From NCBI RefSeq assembly GCF_006345805.1, contig NW_021827594.1, positions 1-38,699 on the forward strand: a stretch of 38,699 nucleotides of DNA. Direction: 5' to 3'. The notes under the pieces are model-generated. The model made no database searches. It was not told the DNA's origin and worked only from the letters and a program-made list of their open reading frames with translations. Source of the stretch: Octopus sinensis. Its lineage: Eukaryota. Shown here piece after piece: positions 25,444 through 38,637 of the stretch; positions within the stretch are counted from its first letter, which is position 1; every line of letters starts with the position of its first letter. Both the position numbers and the translations under genes were made by a program.

Positions 25444-25945
25444 AATATAATAATAGCACTTCGTTATGAATATAGACAACAAAACATCAGACAGGGAATA
25501 TTTACTCATGTTTGTTTTTCAAAAATGAAAATCTACGAAACCTATGTAATCACGAACAATATTCCATACATAAGCATATATAATGCCTAAACCTGCTTAG
25601 CTGCTTGTCGATTCTCTAGGATACATCGATTCAAAAAAGTCTTATTACCTCGATTATACATATATATATATATATATTATATATATATATGGAGGCGTGT
25701 GTGTGGAGTACAAGTATAATCTTGAAATTAAATGCACATTCCAGTGGATAGAGACACAAATACACAATAAGACAATCATATATTGCAAACTATATATACA
25801 CACATTGTATTTTTATGTAGTTGTCTCTATTCTCGTTACACATATTCTTACATGGTTACTTTTGTATACACACACATACATACATACACACATATGTATA
25901 TACATACATAAATACATACATACATACATATATATGTATATATAA

Positions 25946-26012
<67 letters not shown>

Positions 26013-26910
26013 CATAGTTATTGCTACATACATATTTGTATAGGTATTTTCTTATACATTGGTGCCTCCGTGAAATATACTGAGCGATATTGAATTTCTA
26101 ACTACACTTCAATCTACTTATATAACTGTCTATATACACGGAAGTAAGATGTATACAAACAAAACCTCGCGTTCATACACACTCATTGTTTGTACATATG
26201 TGTGCATTCAAGTTTCCCAACGGAAAATAAGTTTGACAAGTGGAAATTCGAAACTTAAGTAACTACTCTGTTTGAAGTCCCACCTTCGCACTCTCTCTAT
26301 TCTTTCCGCTCTTTACCTCTCTCTTTATATATATATATTTATTTAACTACATTTAGACATATACATGAATCTATATAGCTATATAAGTTTGCGTTTTCTG
26401 TTGCTAAATAAATGTGTGTTTATTTGAATATATGTAAATGAAACGTGCGTGTAAGAGTGTTTAAATTTCAAGAAGTGATATAAATCTTTAGATTTGAATA
26501 CTTTCGCACAAGTGTTTAAACTTTTTCCTGTTATTTATGTTATAATTTCTTTATGAGCAGAATATATGTTGATATGCGGTCGCCCCAAAATTGTAACTAT
26601 TCATATACTAATATTTTAACTGTACAATTCTTTCCACGCTAAAATTGCAAAGTCCGTAATTTAATAACCTCTTCCTGAATTGACGATATATAAATTTCGA
26701 GGATTGTGGAGTTAAGGGTGCCGTTTTAAGCAGCAAAGATTTAAAAGTCTTATTCTGTTTCTATTTAAAAGAAGATTCAAGTAACACTCCTATATGTTCA
26801 GGAACTTAAAAATGCACGTCAAGTTATCCCCAATGAAGCAAATCTGGAGTTGAAAGGACTAAAACTGTATGGATTCACTCAACATTTAAGGATATATATA
26901 TATATATATG

Positions 26911-27130
26911 TCCTTAAATGTTGTAACATCGTCTGTTTTTCCGTCCATGTTTCGTATACATTTAAAGCTTTTTCCAAGGAATCTTATGCTCTTAGCTTAG
27001 TTTTTCCTTGAGGCAGGCCAGATTGGAGCAATCTCAAGATTAATTAGCCGAAATTGCGAGGATGATCCGGATCGTGACTGAAGATTAAAGGCTTTGAATG
27101 ACCCGTCCGTGGTTTTTGTATCGTCTAACT
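26911..27130. repeat. Unclassified interspersed repeat fragment
   Basis: Complex sequence recalled as a multi-copy octopus-type repeat. Begins at a palindromic junction. Single copy here. Confidence 0.35.
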
Positions 27131-27569
27131 GGATGTTTTGCGTTCTTCTCCCATTTTGTATATATATATATATATACATATTCACATACAAATACAGTCT
27201 CATTTTGCAGATCAAAAGAATTGATGTTCCTCACACCTACGATATTATGTGAATTTACTACGTAATATACATATTAAGATAGCAGTATTTGATCATTCGA
27301 AACAGCCGTAAAGGTAAAACTATCAGTTACTTTGTTTATTTGTATTCGTAAACTACCATGTTATTACACTAGTTACGCTTAATTTTGTTTACATGCCTCT
27401 TTTACTCCTCACACAGATTCGACGAAAATCATTCTAATAGCCAAAATCCTATATCGGCACTTCCTATGCAGGGTGAAGGATTTGGAATCTTAGATATAAA
27501 TTTATTTCCACAACACTTGGTAACTTTAGCATTTTCCAACATACAATCTATGTGTGTGTGCATATATAA

Positions 27570-27614
<45 letters not shown>

Positions 27615-28755
27615 CACAAAGAAAGAAGAGGGAGAGAGAGAGAATAAGTGAATGAATGAGTGAGAGAGCGGGAGAAGGGACAGGTAGATTCATGAATACA
27701 GAGTTTCGTATTTTGTTGCAGTATGCTGGCTGTTGTTTTGTATGAGTATATGTGTATGTATCTCTAGGTTCCTATATGTGCGTTTGTGTTTGTGTTTGTG
27801 TGTGTGAGTATGTGGACGACTCTAATGTACATTTTCCTGGCATTATCAAGTATCACGCACATATTTTGTATATACGAATCTATCGTTAAAAAAAAAGCGC
27901 CCTTCAACAAATTTCATCTCTGTTCCCAAAGTAACAACAGTCACGCTAACTAGACGTTTTAGCAAATACACTCGAGTGCCGTTAAGGGTTTTGATGTTAC
28001 ACTAATGGTGCTTGAGATAACAACCACTGTAACAACATCAACTATAACAAATAATATAATAAGAAAAAAATGATAACAAATAAATAGAAGTGTTTGACTA
28101 CAGAATAAAACGAAGCATTCAACTATATTTTCGTAGTTTTAATATTTGCTTCTCTTTTGATACGCGGTTTTGCTTGTTTTCAACAGTTCTGGAATTTTTT
28201 CTAGTATTTCTCTTTTTTTTTTCAGAAAACTAATATTTCGTTAGCCATCTCACGCCTTCTTGCATCAAATAAAACACACTCGAATTACTATTTAGCATTT
28301 TCGTTTAGTTTTGCTTGTAAAAGCAATGGTTTATCAAATATTTTTCTGCACCAAAATGGCAAGCAATATTTTAAACCAGCCTCGTTCTGGATCACAACTG
28401 CATCATACTACACGCTTAATACGTTCGTATTTCCAATACGACAAACATTGAAATATACGAACACGCTAACACACACATACACAGAATCATATGTAACGCA
28501 GGCAAAAAAAAACGCACTGATATCGAAAAACATATTTATATATACACAACAGACACACGTATCAACACAGAAATATACACGTAACATTAAAGACCTTGAT
28601 ACACGCATGGACAAGTGTTTACTTGTACTATATATAATATATCGATTTCTAATTGATTTTCACTTAAATATGTTTATATTTCGACATTAGATTAATTAAA
28701 TGAACTTGCATTAACACATATAAGATTTTACTATAAACATATTAATGTATATATA

Positions 28756-28818
<63 letters not shown>

Positions 28819-28844
28819 ATATATATGTAGGTCCGGGTTGATTC

Positions 28845-29024
28845 GGGGTTAACCACAGTAAATAAGGTACTCAATACATAGCAGAGTAAAATTAATTTAT
28901 TAGATAGAAGGAGCTTCTACAGGACTAGAACTGTTCATTCAAGAGAATCTTCAGGAAGCTTCCTGAAGATTTCTCTTGAATGAAACAGTTCTAGTCCTGT
29001 AGAAGCTCCTTCTATATAATAAAT
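28845..29024. mobile_element. Penelope-like terminal segment arranged as a zero-spacer inverted duplication
   Basis: Arms 28904-28958 and 28959-29015 are reverse complements apart from two 1-nt deletions in the left arm. Read on the minus strand, the left arm continues into AATAAA and unique sequence to about 28845. Confidence 0.6.
28957..29007 (+). ncRNA. Type-I hammerhead ribozyme motif with intact core; predicted GUA cleavage after 29001
   Basis: agcttc-CTGAAGA-t ttc tctt gaa t-GAAA-cag ttctagtc ctg-TA-gaagct. Stem I is 6 bp perfect, stem III 3 bp, stem II 3 bp preceded by a U.U mismatch at 10.1/11.1. Confidence 0.7.
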
Positions 29025-29044
29025 ATATATATTATATATATATA

Positions 29045-29093
<49 letters not shown>

Positions 29094-29301
29094 TTATTCC
29101 TAAACTGACGTGCGTATTTATTTATTTTCCATATGCTTGTTTGTTTATCTATATATTTGACTATGTATGTGAATACACACATATACATATGCATGTATGT
29201 AAACATATATATGTATATATATGTATATATATATATTGCATGCATGTATACATATATATAATCATATATTTTTATTGGTTGTGTTTATATGTATTTATAT
29301 A

Positions 29302-29356
<55 letters not shown>

Positions 29357-29526
29357 TTGTGTGCCTCAGCAAATAAGTATATTATTGAATAAGGTATATT
29401 CATATATCTATATATACATATTACATGCATATATGGATATATATATATGTATAAATATATATATATGTATGTGTATATGTATATATATATATATATAATA
29501 TAATATATATATAATATATATATGTA

Positions 29527-29578
<52 letters not shown>

Positions 29579-30524
29579 ATATATTATATATATATGTATG
29601 TATACGTTCCAATTCATGTAATCAAAGGTTTCGCTGTAAATTATTTGGGATGTATATAGCATAGTAAATTATTACTTTCCTTACATTGCAGCTATTTCCC
29701 TTTCTCGCTTGTTGACTATTAAAATCACATCCGGTCATTAGGTATATTTGTAATTTGTTTCCCCTTCTCTACGTACGGTCTTTTATATGCTTTCTACCCT
29801 AGCCGTATTGTGATTGGTTGACAGTTGTTCCGAGGTATACGTTGCGGTACCAAGAATGATTCAATGCGTGACGTGTAATCAAGGATCAAAAAGACCTGCC
29901 GTTTAACACATTTGAGGTAATTTGATATATAATAGGTAAGAGCAGAATATATCTTTACGTGTACGTTTTTACATGTATGAGCGTATCCTCATGTATTTGT
30001 GGCTATATGAAAATATATACACAACAACACACATGCTCCTACATGTATGTATATGTACGTTTATGAATAAATATTTTTGGAAAGAGTACATACGCATTAT
30101 GTATAGATACATACATACATATAAACATACATACATATAAACATACATACATATAAACATACATAAATACATAGGCACACACATACACAGACACAAACGC
30201 AGGCACACACACGCAGACACTCTCAAATATATAAATGCGGATAGTTAAGTAGATAAATAAATACATACATGGACAGAGAGAGAGAGAGAGACCAGTAAAA
30301 AGACACTGAGCGGAGGCTATATGCATGTTTTGCGGTTCAACATAACCAATACACGTTCATGCGTGTTGATGTATACTTGTGTGAGCGTGTGAGCGTATAT
30401 TACGTTTGAAAAGAAATCGGGGGAGAATACTTATTCTATACACATGCACACAAAGCTATGCAATCAGAGACATATGTATATATTTACACGTAAGTTTACA
30501 TATAGTCAATAATGAATTGCAGCC

Positions 30525-30941
30525 AATTACTCTTTACTCTTTTACTCTTTTACTTGTTTCAGTCATGTGACTGTGGCCATGCTGGAGCACCGCCTTTAGT
30601 CGATCAAATCGACCCCAGGACTTATTCTTTGTAAGCCTAGTACTTATTTCATCAGTCTCTTTTTTGCCGAACCGCTAAGTTACGGGGACGTAAACACACC
30701 AGCATCGGTTGTCAAGCGATGTTGGGGGGACGACAAACAGACACACAAACATGCACACACATACATATATATATACGACGGGCTTCTTTCAGTTTCCGTC
30801 TACCAAATCCACTCACAAGGCTTTGGTCGGCCCGAGGCTATAGTAGAAGACACTTACCCAAGGTGCCACGCAGTGGGACTGAACCTGGAACCATGTGGTT
30901 CGTAAGCAAGCTACTTACCACACAGCCACTCCTACACCTAT
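30525..30941 (-). mobile_element. tRNA-derived SINE family B, young full-length copy with (GAGTAAAA)n tail
   Basis: Reverse complement of the 25048 copy. Tail ttactctttactcttttactctttt at 30525-30552. 18-bp tandem duplication at the head (30924-30941 / 30942-30959). Confidence 0.92.
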
Positions 30942-31433
30942 AGCCACTCCTACACCTATTATGTTTTGGGTTGTTTTTTTTTTAAGTATAAATTATGTCC
31001 CCAAGCAGGACATATGTATCCTAAATATTGTGAGAATCCAGCTATGGTTAGAACACAAATCTTATAGAATGAGCAACGCAATATTCTATCTTCATTCAAA
31101 TATACACTCATTTCATGTATATATTCTCCGCATGTGTTCCCTCACAATGGCACATAATTAGTATGTATGTATATTGTTGCTGGCATCCTTTTTGTCTCGG
31201 GAGACAATGGAGATGCGCATAAAATAATCTAGTTCGGCTTTTACATTTCACGTCCTAATATATCACCTGTTGTGGCTGTGTAGTCCTATCCTGGACAAAC
31301 ACTCCCTCTGGCAGTATGTATATATATATATATATATATTATATGTATGTATATATATATTTGAGAAAATGACAATAAAGCCAAGGCTGAGAGGAGTTTT
31401 CAGGACATTTATAAGGAAAAAGTTATAGATATA

Positions 31434-31481
31434 GTCTTACAGCTCTTTCTGGGATATTATTGATATCCCTTCATCAAAGCC
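31434..31481 (-). ncRNA. Degenerate type-I hammerhead motif (probable Penelope-like remnant)
   Basis: Minus strand ggct-tTGATGA-a gggatat caata atatccc a-GAAA-g agct g-TA-agac. Perfect 7-bp stem II and an AGCT palindrome; C3>U and C15.2>G substitutions. Confidence 0.55.
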
Positions 31482-31696
31482 AATGTGACATGGCTAAATG
31501 GAGGTAAATATTTGAGTTCGTAAAAAGGAATTATAATGGAAAAGGAAGATATTGGGAATATAGAGGGGAATAAGTGAATGAAAGTAGAAATAAAATATAA
31601 AATTTGTAAAGATATTGTAGTTGCAGTTCTATTATTCGAAGTGGTAAAAATGTTTCCTGTACATGGTATGTAAGTTCCAATAGTAATTCATATATG

Positions 31697-31716
31697 AATG
31701 TATGTATGTATGTATG

Positions 31717-31748
<32 letters not shown>

Positions 31749-31808
31749 TGTATGTATGCACGTATATATGTATGTATGTATGTATGTGTATGTATGTATG
31801 TATGTATG

Positions 31809-31866
<58 letters not shown>

Positions 31867-31900
31867 GCATATATACATATATATTTATTTATATATAATT
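31697..31900. repeat. (TGTA)n then (TA)n
   Basis: Direct inspection. Confidence 0.95.
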
Positions 31901-32026
31901 ATATATGCATATGTATGCTAAATACGTGTACGTGTTTTGTCTGTATTTATAATTTTAAAAAATGGTGCTTCAGCATTTAACACTGCGATCTGTGGAGATA
32001 CATAAAAAGAATAAATTAATAAAAGT

Positions 32027-32066
<40 letters not shown>

Positions 32067-32097
32067 ATATAACTATGTATACTTCTATTGTTCTACA

Positions 32098-32170
32098 GTT
32101 TTCAGTAATTCGACTGCGGCCATGCGGGAGCACCGACTTTAGTCCAACAAATCGGCCCCAGGACTTATTC
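32098..32170 (-). mobile_element. SINE family B 3' fragment
   Basis: gactgcggccatgcgggagcaccgactttagtc...ccccaggacttattc. Confidence 0.75.
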
Positions 32171-32315
32171 ACCCCCCCCCCCACTATGACAGTGATTATA
32201 TTTCCATGTTCCTCTACTCTAGTTTACTTAAAAGAAAAAAAGAAACACAACCCCAATCCAAATTATGCTTGTGTTTGAATATACGTGCGTGTGTGAATAT
32301 GTGTGTGTTTATGCG

Positions 32316-32346
<31 letters not shown>

Positions 32347-32881
32347 TGTGTGTGTGTGTGTATTCTTGCCTTGTGTGCACGTCTCTGCCTGTGTGTAATG
32401 TAATGTGTTACCGAAACTGATACTTAATGGGAGAATTACAAAACACTTCCAATCCGACTTATTAAAAATGAAGCATAGTTCGTTTAAGACATTGTCTTGT
32501 CTTTGCTCTTTATTCTATCTAGATAGAAAAATACTCGGGGCAGATGTGGTTTCCATAAAACATTGAGATTAAACTGAATTTATAATACCTCGTTAATGAA
32601 TTCACATTCTTTAAAATATCACATCCACACACATATACATTTTATATATATCTATATATATATATATTTATTAGTATGTTTATATGTGTGGGTTTGTGTG
32701 TGTGTATGTAAGCAAAGATAAGTAGACATCTTTGTGTTTTGTTTGAAGTTTTTCTACGTACAATCCTGTGTGGCACGGTTGGAGAATACGTTTCATTATC
32801 TATATTGTATACTAGTGAATTTTCAGTTTCTGATTCTGTACAAAGTATAATATTACTTACGGCATATTTCTCTCCTGTGTG

Positions 32882-32912
<31 letters not shown>

Positions 32913-33261
32913 GCACACACACACACACACAATATATACACACACATGCACACATATAATTTTAAATATATATGTATATATATATATACATGTACACATG
33001 ACCATGCAAATGGCGTATGTTCTGGAAAGGTATAACCTTTGTAACTGTGGTTGACTAGTGTTTGAAAGGTAATTCTTTGAAAATGCCAAACATTTGAAAA
33101 AACAAATAATTAAAATTAAAAGAAAGAAGACAGCTACAATAATTTAATATATATTCAAGATAAATACAAATCTCATTTCTGAATATCGAGCTTTATCAAC
33201 GACGCTAGAAGCAACGAGACGGTGCTTCGTATTTTAAATACTCTCACGTTTTTATTTTTGC

Positions 33262-33360
33262 TGCATCATCATGATCATGATCATCATCATGCTCATCACG
33301 ATCATCATCATCATCTTGATCATCATGATGATGATCACCACCAACACCACCACCACCACC

Positions 33361-33391
<31 letters not shown>

Positions 33392-33494
33392 CCATCATCA
33401 TCACTAACACCATGTACTCATATGATGCTGAATTATCATTTTTCGTTTTTACCTTACATTTCAAATTCGTCTTCTATTATATTATATATATATA

Positions 33495-33592
<98 letters not shown>

Positions 33593-33660
33593 TATGTATA
33601 TTATATATATATATGTATGTATATATATATGTATATATGTATATATATATATTATATATG

Positions 33661-33712
<52 letters not shown>

Positions 33713-33749
33713 GTATATATAAATATATATATATATCTATATTATGTAT

Positions 33750-33781
<32 letters not shown>

Positions 33782-33925
33782 AATATATACTATATATATT
33801 ATATATATATATATTATATAATATGTATATATAAATATATATATATGTTATTTATATATATATATATATATAATATATATATAATTATATATCTATTATA
33901 TATATATATACATATACATGTATGT
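33262..33925. repeat. (CAT)n/(CAC)n followed by a long imperfect (TA)n
   Basis: Direct inspection. Confidence 0.95.
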
Positions 33926-34189
33926 ATGATGTATGTAGTATGAAATTAGTCGAAAATTTTAGTTTAACATGTTATCATTGAATCGTTTTTTATATATCTT
34001 ATCGCTGTCATTTTTATTTTATTCCCTTTAACATATTTTGTCTATTAGTTATTTATTTGATTTTTTTTTCTATTAGTTCTTTGATAGATGCCGATTTTTG
34101 ATGCTTACTTTCATTTTCCGAAACTAAAAGAGTTTCTCTTTCCTTGAAAGTGTTAATATTTCCTATACATTATCCAACAGCGTGTTGAA

Positions 34190-34266
34190 TATTATGCTTA
34201 TTATTATTATTATTATTATTATTGTTGTTGTGTTGTTGTTGTTGTTGTTGTTGTTGTATCATATGT

Positions 34267-34298
<32 letters not shown>

Positions 34299-34453
34299 TT
34301 ATTATTATTATTCTTATTATCATTATCATTATTATTATTATTATTTGTTGTTGTTGTTGTTGTTTTTGTTGTTATTATTATCATTATTATTATTATTATT
34401 ATTATTATATTATTATTATATTGTTGTTGTTGTTGTTGTTGTTGTTATTATTA

Positions 34454-34508
<55 letters not shown>

Positions 34509-34560
34509 CATATTTATTATTATTATTATTTCATCATCATCATTATTATTATTTTTATTA
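34190..34560. repeat. Compound (ATT)n/(GTT)n microsatellite
   Basis: Direct inspection. Confidence 0.95.
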
Positions 34561-35549
34561 TCTCTGTTTATAAATGGAATTTGTAATTATGAATGTATCT
34601 CATCTCTTACTAACTTTGGAATGTTGTCATATCGAATGTTATCTTTTCATGTAAGAAATAGAAAGTATGTTTTCACTCGCGACTAAGGAAAAAAAGGTTT
34701 CTCATTAAATAATACAATAAATGAGTATGAAAAAGATATTGCAAAATAAATCAACTGGGGCGTCATGCTTGGATGAATCTAAATGTGAATGACCTTGGTT
34801 GCAGGAGGGATTGGACAATATGGCAACAACGGCATCAACAATGATACCAACGACACCAAAAACATCACCGATATCTATCTGACTAACAACAGCAACGGTC
34901 AGCTTGAATTCTTCTGTTTGGTCACTTGAGCTGCCAAACTTAACAGCCAAATCTTCCTCAAATTACACTTCACCGTGTTCTTAACAGATCCATACTCGAT
35001 ATAAGAATCCATTATTTCTGATGCAACTACACGGACACGCGCTTGAAGGTATGTATTGCTTGTGTATCTGGTAAATGTCACGTATAAGAACTATGTTGAT
35101 CTCATAGTAAGGCATAAAATACCATTTATTCAAAGTAGTGCGCAGAGGAATGGAATCCCTAGCTGCCTTGGTTCAAAGATATTACGCTGTTACTGCTGCT
35201 CTAGAAATTGGATTCGCAACACATCAGTCGCTGTGGCATTCGATATCGTGGCCACAGAATTTTAGGTTAACGTTTTGGGTTGTCAAGTAACTAAGGTCGA
35301 AGATGGCATTTGTTCAAAGTACTGCTCAGTAGGGTTAAACATAAGAACCCGAGTGAAAGGAATTTGACATTATATGACTTATACCTTCTCTCTTCTTCTC
35401 TTCACCCAACACAATAAACACAAGATATTTTGGTGAATTTCATTAATTCGATGCTTTGTGTAAAGTCATCAATATAACAAGTACTCAATACTTGTATCAT
35501 GCAGGTGCCAATACACACAAACGCGCATACACACACACAAACGCATATA

Positions 35550-35551
35550 CA

Positions 35552-35607
<56 letters not shown>

Positions 35608-35617
35608 TTATCTATCG

Positions 35618-35672
<55 letters not shown>

Positions 35673-35692
35673 GATCTATCTATCTATCTATC
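35550..35692. repeat. (TCTA)n array
   Basis: Direct inspection. Confidence 0.95.
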
Positions 35693-36017
35693 ACATGCAT
35701 CAGACATGAACAATCACACAAAACACACACACAGACACAGACGAACCCACACTTCTCGATCAGTTCACCAGCTTCGGACCTCCCACCACGAATATCTGGG
35801 GATACAGCAAAGTGTTGGATCACAACATACACAAAACGCACTCACAGAGACACACACCGTAAGACCGGCCGCAGTGGATCTATAATTCTGTACATATCGA
35901 TTAATATGCCCATTCTATTGACATATGTACGAGTACATCTCTTCCTGATTTATGGATTCTTCGACACACACAGTGGAACAGATATATACATATTATATAT
36001 ATATATATATATATATA

Positions 36018-36231
36018 GTTGTATTTAGGAATGGTCATTTTGCCAGTTTAGCCAATAAAAACAAACGCACTATATATTTGGTGATACTTTGCTTCAGCGT
36101 TATTTATTCTTTTTACATTAATCTTAATCTTATTTCGGCCAGAAATAAGATTGAGATTAATGTAACATCAAATATATGGTGCATGTGCTTTTATTGGCTA
36201 AAGTGGCAAAATGACCATTCCTAAATACAAC
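36018..36231. mobile_element. Fold-back MITE-like element (214 bp) inserted at (TA)n
   Basis: Terminal arms of about 43 bp with one mismatch (gttgtatttaggaatggtcattttgccagtttagccaataaaa and its complement). Central 24-bp hairpin 36113-36165 with a 5-nt loop. Confidence 0.8.
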
Positions 36232-36292
36232 AATACCTGTTTCAACAAACAATTTCACATAAAAAAATTCTTGTAAAACAAATATATAAACG

Positions 36293-36371
<79 letters not shown>

Positions 36372-36854
36372 GCATATACATATATGTATGTGTGTATGTA
36401 TATGTATGTATATATATACATATATACATATATGTGTGTGTGTGTATATATATAACGTTTACACATGATTTAGATTTCCTTCTCAGTACTCATTTCCCTC
36501 TTCACATTGCATTGAAACAGCTATCCAATCATTTATACTTACGAACATATATATTTGCCGAGAGTGTGTATTTATGCATATAATCCTAATATGTGCGTAT
36601 ACGAGTCTGTTTCCGTGCATGTGAATATAAAAGATATAGCAAAGCACTAATAATGGAAATTTTAGTCTTCGGAAATATTATAGCCATAAAGTCTTTACTT
36701 AATACAACACTTTGCTAATTCTTCTATACAGCAATGGTTCTGTCTTCTTGTCTCTATGACCATAAAGGAATTTACACACACACATAGTTATATACTACGT
36801 AAATATAAGTACATATATATATATATGTCTGTGTCTATATATATAAAATGTGTG

Positions 36855-36917
<63 letters not shown>

Positions 36918-37228
36918 AATACGTGAAGTGCATTTATGTGTAAGATGTGTGTGTGTGTAGGTATGTATATAACTTCCACACAATACAGATACAGGAAAGC
37001 ATTCGTAATGATATACCTGGGTGTGCAGATCTGAGTGTTTTAAATGCAGGTAACCAGCTACAAAACCTGAAGATACAACACATTATACGAGCAATCTAGT
37101 ACGAAATATCCAAATGACTCTAACTGGTTTATATACGAAATTACAAATAATACGCTGCAAATGAACTTTGAAACAGACCCCAAGGATATATGTGTGAGCG
37201 AGCACACATATGGAGAAACACAATACTT

Positions 37229-37269
<41 letters not shown>

Positions 37270-37413
37270 TATACATACACACATACACTCACACATATGT
37301 TGTCAGATAACTAATGTTTTTTATGTGTTCGTATATACATTATATATATTATATATATATATATGTAAATATGTAAAAATATATGTGTATGTGTAATATG
37401 TATATATTCATTA

Positions 37414-37470
<57 letters not shown>

Positions 37471-37556
37471 ATATATATATACATACATGTGAGTACATTC
37501 GTATATATACGCTGCATTTATATACATCTATATATATACACATTATGTGTGTGAGT

Positions 37557-37598
<42 letters not shown>

Positions 37599-38075
37599 AT
37601 GTTTGTATATGTACGCATATGTGTGTGTTTCTGGATTTGAGAGCTAATGTGGTACAAGATGTGCGTAATATGCTTTACAAACTATAGGCGTTACAAACAA
37701 ATTATGCGCATTATGTGCGTTTGTTTGCATTTTAGAAAACAAGAGTCACTCTTATATTGAAGCAAGCTTCTGCATACCCAAACACAGATCACACAAAAAC
37801 GCACACACATACACACGCATACACACACATATATACGCACACACATACAAACCCACACACACATATATACGGGCATATATATACATATATATATATATAT
37901 TTATATAAACTTACATAAAATATGTGTGTGTATATATACATACACATACACACACACAGAGGTACGTGTGCATATGGATACGAATATATATGTATATGTG
38001 TGCATGTTTGCAATGGCGTGCATGTGTACATGCGTACATTAATGCAAGTATATTCACAAAACAAAGGAATATGTG

Positions 38076-38113
<38 letters not shown>

Positions 38114-38184
38114 GATATATATATAAAAATAAGTGTAAGTATATATATACATACATACAGACAGGCATACACACACACACACAT

Positions 38185-38216
<32 letters not shown>

Positions 38217-38552
38217 CCCTATGTTTGTATGCATATATGGCTTCATATTTCTATATATAGATATGCATGAGCGTATCTGCGTGTGTATTTCCGTACAGAT
38301 AATGGAAAAGCCCGCCATTTTTCCCTACCCAGTTCGACGGAGAATGCGTTGTTGAGACTTTCGTAAATTAGTAAAGCCTCGATTTCGATTGAACGCAGTC
38401 AGCTTGGTACATTAAACAACACTGATCTCTAAACGGATGGGACTATTCCGCTTCGGGACTCTTAACTTTCCCGAAAACCACTCTGCCTCTATTAATTCAG
38501 CCATTTCGTTTCTGTTTCTGCTTATTTTTGTTTTATTGTATTGTTGTTAGCA

Positions 38553-38637
<85 letters not shown>

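Noticed and set aside
33222-33420. Poly-His ORF resembling a His-rich metal-binding or beak protein
   Set aside because: Pure (CAT)/(CAC) microsatellite running directly into TA repeats, with no exon boundaries.
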